Source of the DNA: Catajapyx aquilonaris
Lineage: Eukaryota
Assembly: GCA_000934665.2 (NCBI GenBank)
Contig: JYFJ02000862.1
Coordinates: 1 to 64,000, forward strand
DNA: 64,000 bases
Direction: 5' to 3'
Numbering within the stretch: the first letter of the stretch is position 1; each line of letters opens with the position of its first letter. The notes beneath the pieces are model-generated. The model worked only from the letters and a program-made list of their open reading frames with translations. It was not told the DNA's origin and did no database searches. The translations under genes and the position numbers were made by a program. Below, piece after piece: positions 52,687 through 64,000 of the stretch.

Positions 52687-53404
52687 CTGGAAGCACAAGA
52701 GGCATTCATTTTGGTCATGAAGCAACAAAACGCAGTAGCAGAAAAGGCTTTATCATGCTCATGTTGACGCTGTGTAAAAAAAAAAAAAGAAGGTTGGGTA
52801 GATGATGCCCCTTTCGTGCCGAGACCCATACTGAGAAAAGATTCGGCTTCCCTTTTTTCATATACACAAACCCAGCTGGCTTTTTCATGGCAGGGAATTT
52901 ACGACTATCGAAATCACAACGGGAGCCATCTGAGAGTTGGCCTGCAAAGCGCACTGCTGCTGACCGTACTTTGAACGCAAGAAGAAAAGATCGAATCACA
53001 CAACTATACTGAATAATAGTGCCATATATTCAGGCAGGCGTCACGACACAAAAGTGCGCCTGATATATTGCCAACTCAGCATCGACAGTACGGATGCTGC
53101 GGTGAAATAATAGGTTGAACTTTTTATCTGGAGATGTCACATCAGGTTCAGTAGGCCGAAATTGTGCTATAAACAAGCTCGACTGCAATGTTATTTGTTA
53201 GTGTAAAATCATCAATATCCGAGTGGCAATAACAACGTTCCAAATAAGAATGAAACCATGTCATGTGTCACAAACATCAAAAGAACTTGAACAGTGAAAC
53301 GCACAGTGGGGTCCTCCACGTCAGTCAGAAAATGAATTGAATCATACCAGGTAATTGCATAATTCACTCAATAGCAGTAAAAGTACTGCAACTTAATTTT
53401 TTAA

Positions 53405-53515
53405 ATACATGATATTAAAATCCTTCGTTGTTTGTATAAGGCTTCTGATTGGCCATTGTTATGCGCCTGCGCAATGGGGGATGCAGCGCCTCTGGTGGGT
53501 GGGAGGAGGAACTAG
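53405..53515 (+). mobile_element. Dispersed short repeat, copy B (Helitron-like, ends CTAG|T)
   Basis: atattaaaatccttcgttgtttgtataaggcttctgattggcc..gcgcctgcgcaatg..gcagcgcctctggtgg..gaactagt; inverted relative to copies A and C. Confidence 0.6.
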
Positions 53516-56500
53516 TTTTTTTTTCTCCATAAACTATCTCTAAGCCTAAATATTCCAGGATATGCCCTATGAATACACCTTGCTAACCTCCATTTTCATA
53601 CCTAAACCCTGCTTTTCACATCCGGCCACAATTGGGATTTAAAAAATCGATAGATCCAATTAAATCCGTTTTGGAATGGGATTCAACAAAAGACAGTTGG
53701 CTCATCAAAATGGTTCCCAATTACTCCGGGGCAAATCATCGCAAAAGAAGACGCTGAGGCAAAGACAGGCGCAAAAGATCCTTTTTTTCCCCCCCATCTC
53801 TTCTTCACCCTCCTCCCCATCTCTCGGCATGGCAGCAACCTCCACCCTTGACTACGGCGCTTTCTCTTGCTTTTCCACCTTTTAGCAGGCCCATAAAACC
53901 CGGGGCATTTGTTTTGGGATCAATATTCCGAAGGGCAGCGAACCAGGGACCCTCCCGAAAAAGAGCCTGTTGCTTTTGCGCTGCCATCACAGCGCAAAAG
54001 CAAAACCGGGGCCAGGTTTCTCCCAGAGTCTGCCGGATCTATCTGAAGAGCTGGAATGGCTTCGCACCGCAACGATGCCCATCCACGACCATCTTTACAA
54101 GTTGGTCGCTGGAATAATATTTTAAAAAAAATAAAAATGGCAGAAGCGATATCGTTCATAAGAGCCACGGGGGGAAAAAAATCGCTGGTTACGACGCACC
54201 TTACATTTAAGAAGGTATAAATAAGATCCGTAAGGACCGATTTACTAATCTCATACAGAATTGGCTACAGGAGACTGTGTCCGCCGTAACTCATCACCAA
54301 CGTGCATGCAGTACTACTTTCCCCCTGAGAGCGGCAGCACCATGCAGACAGGGAGTATGTGCGCCACCTAGTAGTGGCATTTCGAACTACTCGTAAGTCC
54401 TATAGTGAGGGCCGGGCTATTCACTACTTTGTTAATACACGACAAAATTAATAAGATCATACTGCGTAATGCTTGTAAGTCCATGTGAGTAAACAGGGCA
54501 CTTTAATCATTTTCATCAATTCGCTCCTCTAGTTCGAAATAATAACTTTCCATTGTCACTTTTGTGTAACAGGACAGGCTCCACACCACTGATAGCGTAA
54601 CAAAACCTGAATGTAAAGCTGCACATAATTCGGGCGAAAATTACTCCACAACCCAGGCTTGCTATTTCATTAATGAATCTCTGTACGCTCTGCCGTCCGC
54701 AACCTATACGTATACAGTATCACAGCGCTTACGTGGGGAACAACATGCGGCTGTGTGGAATATATGCGGTGCGCTTCACTCTCAGTCAAATCTAGTCATT
54801 CTAGCATTGTTTTTTTTTTAAACGTCACAAAAATGGTAAACTGTGAGAAAATATAAACACAGATGCCTTTCTGTCTAGCAGAACATTTTCTGTGATTTTT
54901 AAATATACGTTACTATCATCAGCACATAATGCATGACTAAGTAAGTCCGCAATTCCGAATCGCAATTAATAAATATCAACTTTTCCGCCAGTGAGATAAA
55001 TTGGAATGCGATTTTATAATTAATGGGCAATATTTTATAATAGGAAGTGTAATTATTATCTTCATATGTGCAAGTTACCAACTAATACCAACAATGAACA
55101 AGTCGGCACTGTCAATATCCGAGCAGCTAAAATGACACGCAACAGTAAATGACATTGATAAGTCTCGATATGACGACGTTAAATTCCATGTAACACTGTA
55201 CACGTACAGTACTCGAACATTACTGTATGCTGTGTACAGTAGCCTTAACCTTTTTGCTTTTAACTCAACAAAAGTAACTTTTGCTGTCTATGTAGTGCTG
55301 CTAGCCACCTTTCAGCATCACAATATTTTTGAGAGAGACTAGTAAATTTGGCAAAAAGTACACATGAAGTAACGATTACTGGCAGCATATTGCTGATGCT
55401 TGGATGCAAATCACATCAATGCTGAATATTTCACTGTAATGCATCTATAATTTCTCTATGAAAGCAAAAATTGCGTATCCCGCACAAGGTAATACTACAA
55501 AGAATAAATGTTGATGCAAACGTTCGTACTTTAGAGATACAGAAATATGGTATGTTTCTTTGAATTTGAAGAAGCCAAAGCAACAATTATGGTCGTCTTG
55601 ACAATTTGCAATGTAATTTCTGCGATACTAAGGGTCTGCTGTATTGAAGCAAATTAAAGGAAAATCTCATTCGCTGTTAATTTCACAATTCACAATAATT
55701 CGTGATAAAACTTAACCTGAAATATAAGTTTCGCAATTATCCAAAGCACATTGCCCCCCAAAAAAATCCTGCTGGCCAACTCTCATATTATTCATCACCT
55801 TACGAGGACACTGCAAACACAGGCATTTTCCCAGTCTCTATATATTTAAAAGCAATGCGATGCGATCCCGTCGTCAATATTATAGGAAATGATGGATGGG
55901 ACCAACCTACATGTCGACATTAATGACATCCACAATTCTTGGAACTATTGTTGTGAACTTTATCGGAAGTTTCTCCCACATAAAAACGTTTCCCTGTGCA
56001 AAAGAGTGCTTAAAACATGATTCATACCACATTTTCCCGCCAAAAGGACGCTGGCCCAGCGAATTGAAAAATCGAGCCTTTCGTTGCAGGAGAGAGATAG
56101 CCCGAGTATATACGGCTGCAGAAGTGACACTTCATAGTCGAGGAAAATCTGCAGCCCTTGCAGAGCATTAATAAAGGGGGGGACTGGGAAAATGGGATTT
56201 AACGCAACTCAGGTCAGCCCAGTCTCCGCATCCAATTCAGACCCAGTTATACACAGTTTTTTCCCCCCCACTCAGATAGGTCAACCGTATCTTTCAAAAT
56301 CGGGCTTCAAATCGAATCCGAATTTCAACAAATGTGCATGTAGGGTTCGTCGATCGCCATCATTTATTTCAGAACCGAGTTGATGCCACCCACTTTTTTT
56401 ATATATACATATAATATATCTATGCGGAAAAACTCCGCCCCATTTCTAGCCATTTAAAAATGACTGCGGTGGACCACTGCAGACGCGGCCAAATGGTGCA

Positions 56501-59500
56501 CTAAAGGCAGGTCCACTTCAGTTCATTTTTTTTTCCACGTCCGGATATGACTAGGTCACAGGTCGTCATAGAGTGCTCTTCGATTGTCATCGCAACTTTT
56601 ACTAACACCATTTTTTTAAAAGGGGGGGAAGACTTCCACGGATATGGAGAGAGGTCAGAGGGTCGCAACTTTGTCACCCCATTTTCTCGGCTTTTCTGAG
56701 AAGCTGCAGCCCATTTGTTGTTAAGGCGTATCGAGCGGTCCGGGACCAAAAAGTGACGCCGTCAATTTATGACCCGGGAGGGAAAGTGTTCGTTTTATCG
56801 GAATTGGAAGCGACACGAGGCGGAAATTTGTGCATTACCAAGACATGCTCACTATACCAATTTTCGCGCAAAATGTTTGGGAAGGGGGGTGGGGGGAACT
56901 GTGGGTGTGTTAAATAGAATCACTAACAGATCAATACTCAAGTGTCAGATTAACATGATCAATGTGATATTTTGCATTTTTTAAAAAAATCTGTAATTAT
57001 GTTATTACGAGTCAATAAAATTCTCAGCCTTATTTATTTTGCCTTGGTCGGCCTGTGGCATATAATATCAACCGCGTGTTCTCAAGAAAAACTGGCAAGA
57101 TCTGGCAACACATCCATTACCACACACTGACCTCTTGTTATCACCAAAAACTATACTCGCATTCCTCCACCGCGAACTTGTTCTTTCTCTCTGCTTCGTC
57201 GACATTTTGACTGTCAACAATACCCGACAACGAGTCAGCAGGTCACACAAAACCTGTCCCGTAAGCGCATCCTGTATTACTTCCTGGCTGATGCACCCAG
57301 ATGTGAACTGCCTTCTAAAAAACTTTTGTCCCCCATCTAGATGTGTGACGGAAGAAGGAGGGGAAAAAAAACAGAAGGAAACGAGAAGATAGGCACATAA
57401 AAAAACAAACTCTAGGATTGTGCAGTTCCCTTCAATTGAATCATCCTTCCTCGTCCGGGGGAATCCGGGTCTCCTCAAACAAATTCACGGCCATTTAAGT
57501 TGGGGGCTGAAACCGGGAGGGCCCGTTCCCCTGAAAACCAACCGGCCCAACCTCACCCCAAAGAGCCCAGTCTCATTTAGCATTGTCCCAGCCAGACCCG
57601 AATTCGCTTCATCTCCGGGAAAACCCCCTCTAACCTAAAACTCCTCCTCAGAAAACAAGAAGAAAAAAAAGAAGTGTGCCAACAATGAAAACAACTGTAG
57701 AATATCTACCCCAAAATTGGAGGTGGACATACGCTCAGACACGATAACGGTAGCAGGACATGAAAGAAGAAGAAAACAAGGTAATGTCACCCTAAAATAT
57801 ATTTGGTACTATCTTAGCCGAAAAAATGGCGACTATAAAGAACATTTTGGATCACAGGGTACAATTTCGTGCTGGCAAAAAAAAAAAGCGTGGTAAAAAT
57901 ACGCCCTTGAATTTCTGGGAGCTAAACACGATATCTTGGGTGTTACACCCCGGCTCAGGTTATCTGCGAGACATCAAAGGTCCGTGTGAGTGAAGAGTAA
58001 CGACCTGGCAACAACTGGGTGTCGTGTAAAGGTCAAAGAGTATACAAGGGCTGTATTTCCCACCCTCATCGCAGTTTACCTACAGACTTGTGAAATGCCA
58101 TTGGTAAATTAAATGAGTGATAACAGGACATTTTGTGTTCTCGATATACCGTTCATTATCATAGAAATTGAACTGATGCTGCAACAATAGGATCTCCACG
58201 AAAAAAAAAATGACAGCATTGTACCACGTTTTACACAACTTCTCTCCATTGATTGTTCCGGTTGGCATTACCTCATTTTGCAAACCTAATGCTGCAGATT
58301 TGCGAAATAAGACCTCCTAAATCACTTGATAATGTTCAGTTGGTTTTATGATTAGCACAATATTACACAGAACAACTCTTTGCCTATAAAAGTATGACAA
58401 TCATGTTGGCAAGAAAGGGTTGGACACAATTTTGAAATATGCCGGTCACTGTCAGCTGGCCGAACCATCAGGTGTCTCAAAATATTTACCAATTTCGGAT
58501 TATCTGCAATCAAAACGTACTGAAAACATTAAAGGATAAAATGGTAATACTGGCAATAAAACCACTTATGGCAAAATGATTGCCCATCAACACGTCGACA
58601 CAACAATCAACATGTTGATAACGTTCTCTTTTACAGTATACAGTATTGCGATGTCCTTCAGTCCGAAATTCGTCGTGTGTGTGTTTTTTTAAATATTTTT
58701 ATGAGTTATATCTGAAATACGAGGCCTATAGGCTACACACAAGGTGGTGCAATGTTCCAGTTCAAGTTGATAAAAGGTGCTGTAAATGTAACATATTCTT
58801 CTCGACATTAACAACAGCACTCATTAGTCCTACACAAACATAGCCTTTCTGCATTACCGCCAGCTTACTTGGGCCAATCTTTATAAGTCAACCTTTGACC
58901 CCCTGTCAAATATTCTCACGCCATATTCCTGCGGCAAAGGTGAGACTTTTCAGTCTCCAGTCACGTCTCATGTTTATTGCATTATCACCTGCACCTCTTC
59001 CAAGCCGTATTTTACTGACCAACAACACATAAGATTTCGATTCAACCCGAAGAGTTTGTTGATCATTTCCGCAGTTCGTCTAATATTAATTACTAAGTAT
59101 GTAGGTACAAGAAACAAGTAAGTACTTTTTGTGCTACACTGTGCAACAAAAAAAATGCAGTTTGAAGCCTTTACGGTGGGTGCTGTAAATAAACGGTACT
59201 AATTGCACGGTGTCACGCCCACTGGGATGTGATGTTTTCCAGGATGTATGCACAATTGCGAAAAACCTGCGGGGTTAATGGTAATTTTACACTACATTAT
59301 CCGGTTTTTTATGGGGTAACCTAAGTTAGTTATCGGAGATTCTACTTGGCTAGAATGTGCTATCCTGATTATAGTAGTGATTTACGTTAATTCAACGATT
59401 GTGTACATAGGATTTCAGCACATTCTATAATTACCATTAGTTTTAATTTAGGAAAAAAATAAGCTTAAATCCAACTCTTGAATAATTTTTCACGTCAAAC

Positions 59501-60482
59501 GACTACACAACTAAAATATTTGTGTAACACTGCTTGTCGCCACGTTAAAATTTCATTTGCACAAGGCTCAGGCTCGACCGCACTCTCAACACCAGCACCG
59601 GTACAAGCTACACCGAGGTGGCTACAACTGCATTGTACTCCTGACAACAATAGGCTTCACAATTCAGTAATGCAGTTGACTTCTCGAAAAATCCCAGCAG
59701 ACGATATGTCGCACCAATTGCAATGTAACTGCGAAATGTCTAAAAAGTATTGTTCTATACAACCAATAATGGAAAGCAAAAAAAAAAAGTCGACGCTCTT
59801 AGGCAATGTCGTAAACAAGTTGCAGAGTGGTCAGAAAAACAAAATGGGAACCAAGTGTTTTTTTCCCCCCTATCGACAAAATTCGACGACAAAACTCTAT
59901 CCCCCATGTCTTGAGGTCAGTCATCCAGAAGTCCAGTCATAAAAAAATACCCCCCCTCACCCCTTCCTATTTTTTTTATACATCCAGAAAACTCTTCCCC
60001 GGATTTTGAATGGTCCGTAAAAGTGCGTCGGACACAAAGCGCTAATTCCTGAATGGGGGACATTTCGGACTCGTTGCGATGAACCAATGGCGAGAGGCTC
60101 ATTTTCGCTCTCTATATACCCTTTCCCCTATATACCCTGCACCATTCCTTATAAATTTTACAACCCCTACAATATACGTCGTCATAATTTTGGGTCGATG
60201 TTGAGAACGGGTCTTTGTGCCGGGTTTTAGGCGCGGGACAAGGAGAGGCCCTGTCATCGAGAGTTTTTTTTTTTTTTTTTTTAAGCGGCAAACGAGATGC
60301 ATATGGTTGCTGCGTGCTAGGGTAGATAAGGTGACAACCAAGGCTTGTTCAAAAGACCGGCGAAGGAGTGAGTCAACCCTTGACATTGTTACACTCTGTG
60401 CGCCGCAATTTTATATAACACAGGGTAGATCCACTGCCTAAACCCCGGTTCAACAGGGAGTCAAGTTCCTAGAATGAACAGG

Positions 60483-60757
60483 GCTGGACGTTAATGGTGT
60501 CGTACTTGTGGCGGCACGAGCAGTTGGCGGCAAAAGAGCGAATCGAAAGTTGCATCCGTATGACCGCCTTCACTTGATTTTTTATTTGTTAATTTTTTTA
60601 AAATTTATTTACGTACCCCGTGATGACCCGCTAAGGGTCTTTAGGGGGCCTTCACTTGATTTATGATTAAATGAAGGCGGTCATATGGATGGCAAAATTT
60701 CGCTATTTTGCCGCCATTGCTTGGGGCGCCACCAGTACGACACCATTAATGCCCAGC
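60483..60757. mobile_element. MITE with ~90-bp imperfect TIRs
   Basis: gctggacgttaatggtgtcgtacttgtggcg..tatgaccgccttca pairs with tgaaggcggtcata..cgccaccagtacgacaccattaatgcccagc. No clear TSD. Confidence 0.75.
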
Positions 60758-63496
60758 TGGAGCCTTGCAAATGCTTTGTTGACCCCAGAAACCAGTAGAA
60801 GTGGAAAAAAAGGGGCATATATAGTGTCAAGGCAAGGTTAGCCTAATAATGAATTACACATGTCCGGGTTCGAGCCACATCCGATTCAATGTACAGGTCG
60901 GTCTTAAAGTCATGAATGCATATCGTGATGGTATGGTTCTTGTAATTGCTTTGCCTTGTTAACTCTGTTTTGCTCGGTGCAATTTGCGGGGAGTCTCATC
61001 TCAAGTCCCTAAGGTGTACCAAGCCTGCAGTTTGAGACGCGGGATTGTAAGATTAGAAATGGATATATGCAGAGGAATGCTACGGTATGTATGAAAGGGA
61101 CATATGTGCACTTGAATTTTCATGCAAAATTATGTTGGCACCTTCACGATAGTTGGATAGTACACTATTGTTGTGAGGGCCTTCCAACAATCCCCATTTA
61201 ATTCAGCGCCCTTTCATCGCCTTATTCCCTCCAACCCCAGCAACCAACAAGAAGGCGACTTAGCTTGGGGGGGGATAACAATGATCAGTCTTGCGTTTTG
61301 ACAGGGGGTAAACACTGATTAGCGCTGGAATTGGAAGCGAGAAGGTGGTGGCGGCCATCATTTTGCGCACTCGTCGCAAACCGCTCCGTTAGACCTGTCT
61401 CCTCCAATCTATCACAGTCCACCAGCTCAAACCTCGTCCCAGTCTCAGCAGCACTCTAACCCCCAGAGGGCATCGTTACGTCAACATTCATCTCAAATAC
61501 GCACTATAGCCATCAACTTTTTTTTATATTGAGGTTATTACGTGGCCTTTTTATGCTGCTAAAACCAAACGATGAGAAAATCAGTGACATATACGCACAA
61601 CGCTGACAATTTGCTGAAACAATAATGATTCTCGCATTACACATGACACAGAATAACAAGGCTGCTGTACTATACAGTAATAATGGATTACAAATAACTA
61701 GTTAACCTAGCTGTACAGGACCAAATTAAATCCAATTTATACGAGTGAGATGATAGTAAAATATGAATTACTGTACATCCATCCAACTCCAGAGAGACCT
61801 TCAACTGTATATGAATGGGAACTTTTGAGTGTGTATTATTATTACGCGTAAGTTGACAACCGTGACCATGCATAAATTAATCAAATTGAGAGACCTACTG
61901 TATGTGGCGTTTAAAATCCAACTGTAAATTTACATCCTTAATAGCCTTGCAGTGCAGCAGTGTGCAGCGCGAATCGGGGGAGGCTAGAATGATTTTATTG
62001 GTAAATAACTGGACCCTTCAGCATATTGCATAATTATGCAGTTGAGCAACAGTTAGTCCTACCTCATTTGTGGTTTTTCCAACCTGTTATAACAGAAATG
62101 ATGTTGTTACGGGAATGAAGCCGATAATTGCATTAAGTGTCGAATAATTTGTGACAATCTCTCAAACATACTTGTTTTCCTATGTTCACCATGCATACAA
62201 CAGTTCACTGGACAGAAAATGATCAGTGTCATTTTACTGTGCCCCGAGCCGGATGCTGCTGAAACAGTGAAAATTTCGGTGTCCGCTTTGGGAGGAATGA
62301 CTCAATAACGGCGTTCGTGGTCTCTGTACAACACGACTACATCGTGCCACCTGCAATTTATATCATGGAAAAAAAGCAACAGTAGCGTCACTTATGTGTG
62401 CACCCTGCACCTGACACGCGGAATTCCCTCGGTTTGGGATTGGTCACTCGCATGCCCCGACACGACACAAGCTTTTGGAGGTTTTATCCCATGACAACAT
62501 ACATGCCTCATTCGTAATGTAGAGAGAGGCCTAACTTTCATTTGGCTTAGAGGCTGTAAGTACGCCACGACAACCTTGATGACAACCTGACCGAACCACA
62601 ATAAATATTATAAATCAAAGAAACTATTTAAAAAAACTCAATAGACAAATGTTTGCTATATAGAAAAATTCCATTCGACGACAAATGTTAACCCGGTCGT
62701 TTCTCCCAAACCAAAATGAAACCTGGAGCCCCATATACGAATCCGCGAAATATTCCGCTAGCTCGCATAGAGAGCTTATCCGACCGCATCCTACCCTCAA
62801 TTAACTAAGTGTTGTGGATGCGGTAAAAAGGAGGTAAAAACCGCACGGCCAAAGTCTGTCTCACCTCTGGAAAATGCGATCCTAACACTGAAACCTTTCA
62901 CACAAAAAAAAGCACGATATCAGCAAAAATACTGTTACGCGGAAGGAACCCCCCCCCCCCAAAAAAAGTGTTAATTCCACTTTGAATGCTTACCTAAGTG
63001 TACTTGTCTGTTCCCAAGGGAGTGTAGCAGAACCCATAATGTGGACCACTTTTCTGTCACAATGCAAGCATTTGCGACATAAAAGAGCCGCGTTTATTAA
63101 CACTTACCCAAGTTGACTTTTGCATTAAATCCTTCAGGCGAATTCCCTTCTGAAAGCTTCCACTTGTAGTTGTTCTTAAGCTTTCGGAGAGAGAACCCGC
63201 GGAAAAAAAAGGCCACCCGCCAAAAATGTAAGGGTGAGACTTAAAAAGCGAAAAGCTTTTTACAAAGAGCACAAATCACTTTTATACACCGTGATGTCTA
63301 ATTTTCATAAAGAACTTCTCGGGCCACAAAGCCAGTTCCATGTTGAGAAAGTGAGGTTTTAAAACACGGTGTTTGTCACATTTCCCACTGACAGAATTCC
63401 CATTTTGTAAATCCATCAGTAAATATAGCCATAAGTTTTGACTGTGGACGACGACACGGCTATACCTGAAGAAATCCCAATTATGTTATGGATAAA

Positions 63497-63630
63497 TCCA
63501 CCATCCACCAGAGGCGCTGCTTGCCTCATTGCGCAGGCGCAGAACGGGGGCCAGTTGGAAACGGCGCGTAAACAATATAGGGCGGCCAATCAGAAGTCTG
63601 TCATACAACGAATAATTTAATATTATAGAT
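63497..63630 (-). mobile_element. Dispersed short repeat, copy C (Helitron-like 5' end ATCTATAATATTAAA on the - strand)
   Basis: ccaccagaggcgctgc..cattgcgcaggcgcagaacggggg..ggccaatcagaag..tttaatattatagat aligns with copies A and B. Confidence 0.6.
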
Positions 63631-64000
63631 AAAGCCCTCAGAATTTTCCTATGCGCGAATCAAGACTCCAGTATGAATAATATTTGCCAAAAATGGCACG
63701 AGTGTGATAACAGCCGAGCCAGCAGGTCCCCCTATACACAGTGTGTTCGCAACCCTTCCCAGACTATCCTATTGTGCTTGTGTGCAACCACAAGCCTAAT
63801 AGCTACAAAATCAATAAGGCCACTAGGTGAAACTGGCTTGGCTCCGCTTTTCATAAAGCCCACCTTATGCTTTTCCCTGCTGCTGCAGACTCCGAAAGAT
63901 CATAACATGGCGTCCGGCATACACAATACATAAGACAAAAGGTAATAAATAAATACTGTAAGATATTGCTCAGTATACAGATTTCAAATCATGTGCCAGC

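Noticed and set aside
60615..60650. Hammerhead-like gtgatgacccgctaagggtc inside the MITE
   Set aside because: The core is GTGATGA and GAAA is missing, so it is not a functional motif.
60820..60890. B-box-like ggttcgagcc (tRNA or SINE)
   Set aside because: No cloverleaf and no convincing A box.
62990..63060. Strong minus-strand donor AG|GTAAGC as the missing upstream TRAP1 exon or a recursive splice site
   Set aside because: The upstream sequence does not encode the expected NLGTIARSGSK-type segment and the polypyrimidine tract is weak.

Overview
Eukaryotic (animal, most likely arthropod) genomic window with spliced genes; the ORF track only shows fragments. In order: a long-TIR foldback element (1-981); SCYL2 (- strand, 8 exons, 844 aa), whose intron 1 holds a TIR-bounded minisatellite insertion; five intact tandem CYP2-clan cytochrome P450s (+ strand, 6194-18022); SNX25 (- strand, about 15 exons, about 976 aa), convergent with the last P450; and the 3' 12 exons of the mitochondrial Hsp90 TRAP1 (- strand, 24127-52686, 5' exons not found before the window end). 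The left 25 kb is very compact, with introns mostly 50-140 nt. TRAP1 introns reach 10 kb or more and contain MITE- and Helitron-like relics and a possible decayed THAP domain. Most notable: the P450 duplication also copied the SNX25 last exon with an intact frame (a possible alternative terminal exon); the P450s are mosaic and diverge at substrate-recognition sites; one has an I-helix Thr>Ser; one differs by an intron. No clearly new multi-gene system could be shown from sequence alone. All splice sites were read by hand.
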